Positions 1 through 8,792 of a DNA stretch of 20,291 nt are shown here, piece by piece. The translations under genes and the position numbers were made by a program. The first letter of the stretch is position 1, and every line of letters starts with the position of its first letter. This stretch comes from Thermotogota bacterium (lineage in GTDB: Bacteria; Thermotogota; Thermotogae; Petrotogales; Kosmotogaceae), in NCBI GenBank assembly GCA_034660555.1, contig JAYEJL010000032.1:1-20291 (forward strand), given 5' to 3'. The notes beneath the pieces are model-generated. The model saw only the letters and a program-made list of their open reading frames with translations, made no database searches and was not told where the DNA came from.

Positions 1-1338
1 TGGATCAACAGACCATTTCTTTTCGTTATCTCCTACCATTATGATTTTGCCTTCATCAATTTCGGAGGTACCAACTATTATTTTATTTTCAATATTGAGA
101 GAAGCTGTTACCCTGACATCAAGGCTTTTTTCTAAACTTTCAAGATCACCAACACTTTTTTTTGTAGAGGATTCACCAATAACTTTCTCGACTTCTACCT
201 TTTTCTCGATAATCACCGGTTTAGTTTTATCTTCAACTTTGAATCCTGTTCTTCCTGTTGAGTAAGTTTTACCGTCAGATACAGCACAGGATAATTCATA
301 CGATCCTGTTGAATCCGGTGTTAGAGTCAATGATGATGATGATTTTTTCAATAATTGTCCGTTTAATTTCCATGAATAATTTAATGCATCTCCATCTTTA
401 TCATCTGCCTCAATTATTATTTTTACTTCTTCACCTGGGTATATTACAGGAGGAAGACATGAAATGCTGTTAATTGTTGGTGGAGAATTTTCCCATTCTG
501 GAGATCTGTATTCACCGGTGTATATATTATCTGTAACTGTCTGTACTTTTATAGAGTGCTGTCTATTGTAGTCCATAAATGGTGTTCTGTATTCTACATA
601 GTAAGTCATAAAAAAGGTTTCTTCTAAATATTTGATTGCATTTACCAGTCCGTCAAAAGCGAAAATATTGTATAGAGTGCTTTCTGTTTTAGATGCCAAT
701 TCAATATAATCTTCGTGATTGGGTGCACAGAGTACCATTTCTATTCCCATGCCGTTTAATTCGTTCTTGATTGTATTGACCGAAAGAGATGTGTTTGAAC
801 TGTTTGAGCTTTGATGAGGAGGGGCATTTGTGATCAAACAAATGATTTTTCTGGCTCTGCTGTCAAAATCTAAATTTAATGCCTCGTGTATTGCCTGTAG
901 TGAATTTTCATTGTCATCTCCTCCCCCAAAGGGTATGATGCTTCCTATCCAATCCAAAAAAATGCCAGAATCACTGGTAAATCTGTGTAATTTATTTATG
1001 TGATCAGTAAAAGTAATCATGGCATAACGTACATTGATGTTACGCTTAGCGAATGTTTCTGTAAGCTCACTAGATAGTTTGTTGAGTTGATTAATGTAAT
1101 CTCTCATACTTCCAGATTGATCGATAAGGAAAACCAGATCAAGATCTGAAACAAATCCTTCTGGAGTTTTGGTAAATGAAAAATCAACTGCTTTACCATC
1201 TTCGGTTATTTCACTTATGGTAGCATCTGCAGTAAAATAAAATCTAATCATGGGATAACGGTTTAGATCAATTCCTGTAATTTGTCCAAACAATGATAAA
1301 GAAATAATCAAGAAAACCAGCGTAATTGTTTTTTTCAT
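1..1338 (-). CDS. Secreted vWA-domain protein with Ig/PKD-like domain, 3' end beyond window (>=446 aa); not in ORF track
   Basis: Manual translation from ATG at 1338 is open to position 1: MKKTITLVFLIISLSLFG (signal peptide), DLVFLIDQSGSM (MIDAS DxSxS at 1108-1122), GGGDDNENSLQAI, ICLITNAPPH, then NSPPTINSI...ADDKDGDALNYSWKLNG...CAVSDG (Ig/PKD-like). SD-like GGTGGTGA overlaps the upstream gene's stop; 5-nt gap. Confidence 0.92.
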   Translation of the reverse strand, partial: MKKTITLVFLIISLSLFGQITGIDLNRYPMIRFYFTADATISEITEDGKAVDFSFTKTPEGFVSDLDLVFLIDQSGSMRDYINQLNKLSSELTETFAKRNINVRYAMITFTDHINKLHRFTSDSGIFLDWIGSIIPFGGGDDNENSLQAIHEALNLDFDSRARKIICLITNAPPHQSSNSSNTSLSVNTIKNELNGMGIEMVLCAPNHEDYIELASKTESTLYNIFAFDGLVNAIKYLEETFFMTYYVEYRTPFMDYNRQHSIKVQTVTDNIYTGEYRSPEWENSPPTINSISCLPPVIYPGEEVKIIIEADDKDGDALNYSWKLNGQLLKKSSSSLTLTPDSTGSYELSCAVSDGKTYSTGRTGFKVEDKTKPVIIEKKVEVEKVIGESSTKKSVGDLESLEKSLDVRVTASLNIENKIIVGTSEIDEGKIIMVGDNEKKWSVDP

Positions 1339-1343
1339 GAGAT

Positions 1344-4300
1344 TCACCACCTGAGTGTTTTCTCAGAAATGTTTCCTGCAATATCCTGAGCTATTATATG
1401 GATTTCATTTTTGTCCTTTCTAAATGTTCGTTCAATTTCAAATTCCTTTTCCCCGTCTGCATCAATTTTATAGGAATCAATCTTTATCCAGTCCAGTTTA
1501 TGATTATCAGAGACCTTTAGAATCAATTTGACTTTATCTTCTAATGCTGTAATTTCCGAAGAAATTTTCGGTGAAGTAGTGTCTACATAAATATTGTAAA
1601 CCAGGTCACTGGTAAGACCATAAATATCAACTGCTTTTATATAGAGCAACGATTCACCCTCAGGAAAATATCTCTTTTCATTAAATGTTGTGTCCTTTTT
1701 TCCATATAATCTGTATTCCTGCTCTGTTACTCCCCAGAAATCTGTATTTGTGATAACTCTGTCCAATCCCTTGTTATCTGAAGCAGATATTGTGTAGTCA
1801 ATAATATTCTCATTTGAAAGTAGTTCTTCACTTAAATCTGCAGTTATTTGAGGGATTTCTCTGTCAGGTAATTTAAGTGAAACATAGCCAGCATCATACC
1901 AGTCGATACCATCACTAAACCAGTCACTATTATATGGATCAAAATAGGTTAGTGTTGCTGTTTTCTCAAAAGAGATTCCATAACCTTCAACGTCGAGATT
2001 GAAACCAACGGGTTCCCCATATTGTTTTGAATCAAAATAGTGTACTTTAATCTCATACTTCCCATCGGGCGGTATGTAATCTTCTCCATATCGCAATATA
2101 TATTCTTCTACCTTATGGAGTTTGTCCTGATAAATACGTTCATCGGTTGTCAGGTAGCCACCCTCTCTACTGCTCCTGTTTTTATAGCTAACAATGGCTC
2201 CACCGGGTTCTCTTACAAATAAATCAAGATCTGCGCCCATAGCTGACCACGAGAGTGTGACTTTTAAGGCTGGTTGACCTGTAATATAATTAACTTCTAA
2301 TGAAATACCACCAATACCTTTATTTGATTTCACAGTAATCGTTATTCTGTTACTACCTTTTTCTAATATGATGTTCTGGTTGAATCTGTTTTCCTTTACA
2401 GGTAATGAGTACGGGGTATCCCCAACCATAATTTCAGCCACACCATTTTCGATCTCTGGCCCTTCTATTTCTCCGCTTAATGTTATTCTTTCTGTTCCAA
2501 CAGTATTCTCAAATTCTTTGTTAAGATTTATTTTAAGCCATTTAAGAGTTCTTTCGGTTTTCCTGCCAGCTATATCAATGGCTGCCAATTTTATGGGTTC
2601 CAATATTTTATCAACAGATATTGGAATATTCTTTTTCCTTTCTCCGGCCAATTTATAGATTTTATCGCCAAGCTGGAGATATTTTAGTCCGGAATCATCT
2701 GAGAATATTATCTTTACAGCTTCTGCAAATTTTCCATCAAATATCAATTCTGGCTCAATCACTGGTCTCATTTTGTCAACATAAAGGTATCGTGAGAGTT
2801 CACTAACATTTCCTGATCCATCTTCAACCAAAATGGCAATATCCTGAGATTCATTCAAACTAAGTTTGAAGGTTTCTCTTAGATGGTTTGGATTATCGTA
2901 ATCACGTACAATGTCACCAACAGTTATTCTTTTTATACCACTTATGTCTGTTGCAATTACTGTTATTTCTGCTAAATCAGAAACAACTTGACTCTCCAGT
3001 TTTACTTCAACCTCAGGAGGAACATTATCCTGTTCAACTGTAAAAGCTCTTGATGAAGAATTCCCAGCAAGATCAATAGCTTCTACTTTAACAATCTTAC
3101 TTTCATCTTCTTCCAGCTCAATACTTATTGTTTCTTCAAAAGACTTTTTGCTATCAGCATTGTATCTTTTGTCTTGAATTGTAATAAACTGAAGACCTGT
3201 ATCATCGAATGCTTCAATAACCAGTTTTGCTTGATTTTCACCGGTGAAAGAACGTCCTTTGATATTAATTTCGGGTGGGTTAACATCGTAGATCACATAT
3301 ATTTTTTCATTCGTTATGTTGCCTGCAATGTCAAGAGCTGAAAGTGTTAACGCCTTTGACTTTCTGTCAAGTTCATAACTAAGACTATACTTTCCATTAA
3401 TAATTTCATAACTGACTTCATTTCCATCAAGTAATACGTTTTCTACTTCTGTGTCATCAAGTATTTCAGCTTCTATGGTAATTGTGTTAAGAGATGTATA
3501 GAAAAATCTATCCACTTTTATTGTGGGCGAAACTTTATCATAAATAATATCAACAGGAAGTTCAGCAATTTTTGAACCATTAGCATTTACTATACTTAAT
3601 ATCGGTGAATGCTTGCCCTGTAATGGCGAATGTAAGTCATAACCTCTAAAGAAAATAATAAATGGATCAACATAAGTTTTCATTAGATTGCTGTTAAAAA
3701 AGAACGGCGAGAACGTAGAGAGGTTACTTCTTCCTCTAACAGGGATATTTTCCTTTACCTTAGTGATATAGGGTAATTCAACTGGTAACTCAAGAGTCAA
3801 ACTGGCATCAAGAGACGGTTTTTCAAGCAGCAAAAGAAATCTTATATCGGCAGGATCCATTGTTTTAAGCTTTTCAAGTAAATTATCAATAGCTGCAATA
3901 TTGGAGTTAAGAATTTTCGCCTTAACAATGTTAGGATACTCAGTTGTGCTTTCAATAAGATTGTTAGCTTTAGTTGTATTTTCTGTCAAATTCAATGTGT
4001 GGTAATTCCAGTATATTTTAAGCGGTTTAAGGGTCTCATAAGGTTCTATCTTATTATTTATATGTTTTAACAAATCGCTATTTCCCGTATAAAAACCGCC
4101 CAAGAAGATGCTACTTAACAGCAATGGATCATCATTTTCAGTTTCAACTAACCTTTCACAAAATGCTGTTGCCTGTTCATCTTTTCCAGTAGACAGTAGA
4201 GATTCTATGTAGATTCTTGAAGCAAAAGGATCAAGAGTGTTAATGGCGATATCTTCAATGATACCCAGTGCTTCCTCGGGATTTTCTTTTACAGCAAATA

Positions 4301-6413
4301 ATGCGTTTATAATTGACTTTCTACTTTCCTCTTCAAATGATGTTTCTTCAAGTTTTTTATAAGCTTTTGCCATTTGTCCAATGTAATAATAAGATATGAC
4401 TTCATAATAAATATTTACCGGCTTTTTGAGTTCATTGTCAAATCTTTTGCTAATTTCTATGAATTCACTAAGCTTTGTCACTGAACCTTCGATCAGAGCT
4501 GCTCTGAATTGATTTTCCGCAAGTTTTTCCAGCAAATATGGAATAAGTGAGTTTGGATAATTAGCATTCTCTAAATAATTCTTGATGAAGTTTACGGCTT
4601 CAAGATAATCTTTTTTGTTTATTAACTGCTCAATCATTGATTCCAGTGAAAGAACTGTTATGGATTTTCTTTCAAAAAAGTCCACCGCTTGAAGTTCAAT
4701 AAAAAATTCTCCATCTTCTTGAATGTTCAACCTTATTGTCGACTGGTCTTTAAAGAGTTCTTGTTTGCTAAACAGAACATTGTTTTCGCCATCGACAACA
4801 GATAGTTCTAATTCCAATGGTTCAGTCATGGTGGCTCTTGATGTTATTTTTACAGGGAACATCTGTCCGGAAACAACTGAATCAGGTAATGATAATTCAA
4901 GATCGACATAATCAAGGGGTACGAAAAACTTACCTTTTAGTATTCTTTCTGGTGTATCTATCACCATAGTAGGATTTCTGTCGTCAATGTACTCATATCT
5001 TAGAACATAAGAGCTGTTGAACAGTTCAAGAAGCTTCTCGAATGATGTTTTAAGTTCATCAATTGTTGGAGTATTTAAGAAAATACCTCCTGTTGACAAT
5101 GCAAGAGTTCCCAGACTAAACTCATCTATTTCTGTGCCTATTCCTATTGTTAAAATCGGGATACCCTTTTCTCTGGCCAATCTTATGGCATCTGATAGTC
5201 TGCTATTACTACCAAAAGCTGTGTCTGTATAATTTGCATCTACGCCGTCTGTAATAAGTACGAGAAATCTCAGCCCTTCGCGCGAGGAAAGAATTTCTAT
5301 TGCTTCAATAACTGTATCATAAAGTGGGGTTGATCCCTCTGCATTTATTCTATCTATCGCTGCATTTAACTCATCTTTATTGGATGTGAAGTTTTTAAGA
5401 AGTTCAATTTCCGTGCCAAAAGCCATTAATGCTGTTTCGTTGTTTTTGGGAAGCATTTCGATAAATTCTTTGGTGGCATTTTTTGCCTGTTCCATAACGG
5501 GTATCATACTACCACTTCTATCGAGAGCAATCATAAAATTCAAATTCATTTCTCTGTAGATCTGTCTAACACTTTCAGGAGTTGTTGGGTTATCATTCTG
5601 CAGGATGGTGAAGGTACTTTTATCTATTTCTTCAAGAGAAAGAGGTAATCCTTCTTCATCAATTGGTCTAAAGATCAATGAAATTAAAGGAAACTGTGTG
5701 ATGTCAATACTATAAAACTCAATATTCCCGAGTGTTTCTGAATATATTTTCTTGACCAGTTTATAACTAAAATCACCAATCGTGCTGTCTAAAACTGGTA
5801 AAAAACCTTCAACAAATTCCTGTCTGGTAGCTTTTACACTAAATTTAGTTTTAGTATTAAAAAAGCTTTCTTCGATATTTTCTGCAGTATATCCCTTTAT
5901 TTGTAAATCGAAGTCATGTCCTGAAGGTGAAGCTTCAGAAGCGGTCAAGAATACATCAATATAGTAATTAAAATCTTCAAGTTTATTTTTGTCAAGAGAT
6001 TCTCCATTTACAACCTTTGATTCTAATCCAAAACTATCAATTGTTTCTTTTAAAGCAATTTCAGTGTTCTCAAAAAACCAGTTTTCCGTTTCAGAAGCTT
6101 CAACAGTAATCCCAAATATTATATTTCCAATACTTGAAGCGAGATCTTTCCTCACCCGAAGTATAGCTCTGATGTCTTTTTCTACATTGTCTTCTATAAA
6201 AGCATATGTTTCAAAGGGTTCAAATCCTTTTAACTGAACTGCTACCCTGTGGAACCCGGGAACAACATTGTAACTAAAAGGTGTATATCCCAGTCTATTG
6301 CCATCTATAAAAACCACAGCGTTTGTTGGATTACTTCCGACGTTGATTGATCCATATGAAAAAATGGTTGCTGTAACAGCTATAAAGATAAGCATAAAAA
6401 ACAACTTCCGCAT
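1344..6413 (-). CDS. Large secreted multidomain protein (1689 aa): PEGA, vWA, helical/TPR-like region, Ig-like repeats, YfaP/DUF2135-like domain
   Basis: Start moved to ATG 6413 (SD AAAGGGGGAG; signal peptide MRKLFF...TIFS). PEGA-like GSINVGSNPTNAVVFIDG..GYTP; intact MIDAS LDRSGSM / TPLYD / ITDG; six D..P.I ... D.AGN Ig-like repeats; KVTLSWSAMGADLDLFVREPGG motif. Confidence 0.9.
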   Translation of the reverse strand: MRKLFFMLIFIAVTATIFSYGSINVGSNPTNAVVFIDGNRLGYTPFSYNVVPGFHRVAVQLKGFEPFETYAFIEDNVEKDIRAILRVRKDLASSIGNIIFGITVEASETENWFFENTEIALKETIDSFGLESKVVNGESLDKNKLEDFNYYIDVFLTASEASPSGHDFDLQIKGYTAENIEESFFNTKTKFSVKATRQEFVEGFLPVLDSTIGDFSYKLVKKIYSETLGNIEFYSIDITQFPLISLIFRPIDEEGLPLSLEEIDKSTFTILQNDNPTTPESVRQIYREMNLNFMIALDRSGSMIPVMEQAKNATKEFIEMLPKNNETALMAFGTEIELLKNFTSNKDELNAAIDRINAEGSTPLYDTVIEAIEILSSREGLRFLVLITDGVDANYTDTAFGSNSRLSDAIRLAREKGIPILTIGIGTEIDEFSLGTLALSTGGIFLNTPTIDELKTSFEKLLELFNSSYVLRYEYIDDRNPTMVIDTPERILKGKFFVPLDYVDLELSLPDSVVSGQMFPVKITSRATMTEPLELELSVVDGENNVLFSKQELFKDQSTIRLNIQEDGEFFIELQAVDFFERKSITVLSLESMIEQLINKKDYLEAVNFIKNYLENANYPNSLIPYLLEKLAENQFRAALIEGSVTKLSEFIEISKRFDNELKKPVNIYYEVISYYYIGQMAKAYKKLEETSFEEESRKSIINALFAVKENPEEALGIIEDIAINTLDPFASRIYIESLLSTGKDEQATAFCERLVETENDDPLLLSSIFLGGFYTGNSDLLKHINNKIEPYETLKPLKIYWNYHTLNLTENTTKANNLIESTTEYPNIVKAKILNSNIAAIDNLLEKLKTMDPADIRFLLLLEKPSLDASLTLELPVELPYITKVKENIPVRGRSNLSTFSPFFFNSNLMKTYVDPFIIFFRGYDLHSPLQGKHSPILSIVNANGSKIAELPVDIIYDKVSPTIKVDRFFYTSLNTITIEAEILDDTEVENVLLDGNEVSYEIINGKYSLSYELDRKSKALTLSALDIAGNITNEKIYVIYDVNPPEINIKGRSFTGENQAKLVIEAFDDTGLQFITIQDKRYNADSKKSFEETISIELEEDESKIVKVEAIDLAGNSSSRAFTVEQDNVPPEVEVKLESQVVSDLAEITVIATDISGIKRITVGDIVRDYDNPNHLRETFKLSLNESQDIAILVEDGSGNVSELSRYLYVDKMRPVIEPELIFDGKFAEAVKIIFSDDSGLKYLQLGDKIYKLAGERKKNIPISVDKILEPIKLAAIDIAGRKTERTLKWLKINLNKEFENTVGTERITLSGEIEGPEIENGVAEIMVGDTPYSLPVKENRFNQNIILEKGSNRITITVKSNKGIGGISLEVNYITGQPALKVTLSWSAMGADLDLFVREPGGAIVSYKNRSSREGGYLTTDERIYQDKLHKVEEYILRYGEDYIPPDGKYEIKVHYFDSKQYGEPVGFNLDVEGYGISFEKTATLTYFDPYNSDWFSDGIDWYDAGYVSLKLPDREIPQITADLSEELLSNENIIDYTISASDNKGLDRVITNTDFWGVTEQEYRLYGKKDTTFNEKRYFPEGESLLYIKAVDIYGLTSDLVYNIYVDTTSPKISSEITALEDKVKLILKVSDNHKLDWIKIDSYKIDADGEKEFEIERTFRKDKNEIHIIAQDIAGNISEKTLRW

Positions 6414-6617
6414 TGGATCTCCCCCTTTAGAATGCGTCTTATGTTTCATTTGACTAAAGAATAATTATTTTACTAATCATGAGCAAAAAACAGAACCCTT
6501 AATTTTTAACCGGAACGTATTCCCTGGTTTTTATACGTTGTTTACACGCAATATGAGTTAAGTTTTTCTTAGTATGTTCCAGGTATTGTTATAATTTAAG
6601 ATTACGGTGCTTCTTAT

Positions 6618-6626
6618 ATTTTAGCA
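6618..6626 (-). promoter_or_regulatory. Putative extended -10 promoter for the vWA operon
   Basis: Minus strand TGcTAAAAT about 205 nt upstream of ATG 6413; no good -35. Confidence 0.4.
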
Positions 6627-6698
6627 CTTTCGTTGCCAATAACTATACAAGAACGCTGCCTGATAACATAAGAAAGAATAATCCTTTATAACCTAAAT

Positions 6699-6965
6699 TC
6701 ACTCTTCGTCTGAATTTTCTTCTTTTTTTGAAAGCTTTTCCTGCAATTTCTTTTCTGATTCATTATTGAAGAAATACTCTTTAGGATTTTCAGTCATTGA
6801 AGATACTTCACCAAAAAACATTCCCATTACTTCCATAAGTGCTTCTTTTTCTTCTTCCGAAAAATTTTCTTCAATTTCTTTCAAAGCTTCCGTTTCATTC
6901 ATCTTTTCCTTTTCGATTCTTTCAATAATCTGCTCAAATTTCTTTTGAATTTCTTCTTTATTCAT
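6699..6965 (-). CDS. Small acidic helical hypothetical protein (88 aa)
   Basis: Strong SD AAAGGAGGA within the end of the TPR gene, 2-nt gap; E/K-rich sequence. Confidence 0.8.
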   Translation of the reverse strand: MNKEEIQKKFEQIIERIEKEKMNETEALKEIEENFSEEEKEALMEVMGMFFGEVSSMTENPKEYFFNNESEKKLQEKLSKKEENSDEE

Positions 6966-6967
6966 TA

Positions 6968-8701
6968 TTATCCTCCTTTAGTAATTGTTTGGATGTTGTA
7001 AAATGTACAGAAAAGAACGTGTCTATCCTTAAAATCCTTTAATGTGTTATTTTGTATGGTCCTTATCAAAACCAGAACCAAGTTTTCTGGTTTTTCATAA
7101 TATTGATCCATTAATTCTTCTACATCGTAGGTTTTTTTTATCAAATTATCCACTACATATTTGTATAAATTGAAAGAAAGGTCTTTAAGTTCTTCAAGAT
7201 CATCAATTATTAGCTCATTCTCGAAAGGTTCTCCAGAAAGTGCTCTTAAAAATAATTTGAATATCGTTCTGCAAATCGCAGTTGCCTTTCCATTACCAGA
7301 AACAAGAAAAGGGAATCGATAACTCAACAACTCAGAAGAAGAGATTCTCTGTTTATTCAACAAAAGATACTTCAAAAATAACTCAATATGTTCTGTCTTG
7401 AAAGGTTTTTCATCAGGTTCAATACCTTGAATTAATCTAATAATTCTTTCTGACTCTGTATACTGCGATAAAGACTTAAGCAACAGGCCATAATCAATGC
7501 CTTCATCTTTAATAGCTTGTTCTTTATTGTTTGAAAAACATTCAAGTGCTTTTGTAATTGCTTTATTTAAGATTCTGTTAAAGTAAATTAATTCTATCGA
7601 TGTAAGAACAGGTTCTATGGTATCAACAGGCTCTGCAATTTTTTTCTCCTTCTGAATGTTTTCGTGTACCTTTAACCTTTTAATCAAATCCTTTTTTTGA
7701 TCATCAGGGAGATATTCTAATGTTTTTTTAGCTTCTTCGAAGTTGCCGTTCAGTCTAAAACACTCACTAAGAGCAAAGTAACCTTTCGGATCATTTCCGT
7801 TTTGAAGATATGTTTGCAATAAATCTGTTGCGTGTTCGACGAAACCTCTTTTTTTGTTTATCAATGCGAGTTCGTAAAGAATGAAATAACCCTCTTTGTT
7901 TAGTTCCCAGGCATTTTCCAGATCTATTTGTGATTTCTTAAGTTTTCCCAGCCTCATTTTTGAAAAGGCTCTGTTGTAAAATAATTCCCATCGCTTTTCT
8001 TTTTTTATGGCTTGCGAAAAAATCTTTTCTGCTTTCTCGTATTGCTGTTTTTCGTTGAATATTACTCCCTTTCTAAGTAATGCATCGGTTATAACGGGTG
8101 AAGAGTAAGGGATTTTTTCAAGTATTTCCATTGCAGGTTCGATTAATCCTGAAGCCATATAGGAATCCACGATGCCAATATAAGGCAGATGAAATTCTCC
8201 TTCAGATAATTCTATTGCTTTCAGGTAAAATTCTGCTGCATCTTCATATTCTTTTTTTGAATAAAGAACATTACCCAGTTCATGATAACCGATAGCAAAT
8301 GCTTGATTCATTCCCGTTGATTTTCTTAGGTTAAGTTCAGCAGCATCTAATTGGTTTTGTTTCTTCAATAAAATTCCCCGATAGAAATAATATCTATAAT
8401 CCAACTTAACTTCTTTTGCTTTGTTAAGCCATGACTCTGCTTTTTCGTATTGACCTTTATTTAAAGCCCTTTTAAAAGCTTCATAATAATGGAACACAAG
8501 ATATGAAGAGTAATAACCATCTTTTTTTGTGACCTTATACTGTGCTTCAAGACCCCTAATGATAATATCCGGATCAATTCGATCTTTATCAACAATGGAA
8601 GGGAAGTCTTCAATTCTAACGGGAAGCTTTACAGGAAGGTTTTGTATTTTTGCTTTTTCCGGTTTTAGGGGCAAATAAACAATTACATTTTTGGATTCCA
8701 C
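6968..8701 (-). CDS. Tetratricopeptide repeat protein (577 aa), probably cytoplasmic
   Basis: GTG start with SD GGAGGT; repeated TPR signatures (YHELGNVLYSKKEYEDAAEFYLKAIEL, LLRKGVIFNEKQQYEKAEKIFSQAI); no signal peptide. Confidence 0.9.
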   Translation of the reverse strand: MESKNVIVYLPLKPEKAKIQNLPVKLPVRIEDFPSIVDKDRIDPDIIIRGLEAQYKVTKKDGYYSSYLVFHYYEAFKRALNKGQYEKAESWLNKAKEVKLDYRYYFYRGILLKKQNQLDAAELNLRKSTGMNQAFAIGYHELGNVLYSKKEYEDAAEFYLKAIELSEGEFHLPYIGIVDSYMASGLIEPAMEILEKIPYSSPVITDALLRKGVIFNEKQQYEKAEKIFSQAIKKEKRWELFYNRAFSKMRLGKLKKSQIDLENAWELNKEGYFILYELALINKKRGFVEHATDLLQTYLQNGNDPKGYFALSECFRLNGNFEEAKKTLEYLPDDQKKDLIKRLKVHENIQKEKKIAEPVDTIEPVLTSIELIYFNRILNKAITKALECFSNNKEQAIKDEGIDYGLLLKSLSQYTESERIIRLIQGIEPDEKPFKTEHIELFLKYLLLNKQRISSSELLSYRFPFLVSGNGKATAICRTIFKLFLRALSGEPFENELIIDDLEELKDLSFNLYKYVVDNLIKKTYDVEELMDQYYEKPENLVLVLIRTIQNNTLKDFKDRHVLFCTFYNIQTITKGG

Positions 8702-8726
8702 AAAACACCTCCATATGTTTAGCTAT

Positions 8727-8755
8727 TTGCCAGTGTTATTTACATATAGTATAAT
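8727..8755 (+). promoter_or_regulatory. Sigma70-type promoter for secG-tyrS-(ompA-ompB)
   Basis: TTGCCA (8727-8732), 17-nt spacer, TATAAT (8750-8755). Confidence 0.75.
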
Positions 8756-8776
8756 ACGAAAAGAATGTTCATGCAC
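8748..8776 (-). promoter_or_regulatory. Putative sigma70-type promoter for the TPR gene
   Basis: Minus strand GTGCAT (8776-8771), 17-nt spacer, TATACT (8753-8748). Confidence 0.45.
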
Positions 8777-8792
8777 TCGGGAGGTAATAGTT

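Noticed and set aside
330..343. (TGA)4 microsatellite
   Set aside because: Encodes SSSS in frame; too short for a phase-variation claim.
41..473. ORF-track + strand ORFs 41..265 and 258..473
   Set aside because: Antisense shadows of the real minus-strand vWA gene (1..1338).
2040..6237. Short + strand ORFs inside the large vWA gene
   Set aside because: S/F/I-rich antisense shadows with no SD or motifs; the same applies to those within the TPR, ompA, ompB and opp genes.
6414..6449. ORF-track start of the large gene at 6449
   Set aside because: SD and signal peptide fit ATG 6413; similarly the longer track starts for secG (8691), ompB (12000), the membrane gene (13862) and oppA (18909) were shortened.
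6621..6647. TTAGCACT resembling a CIRCE left arm
   Set aside because: No GAGTGCTAA arm 9 nt downstream.
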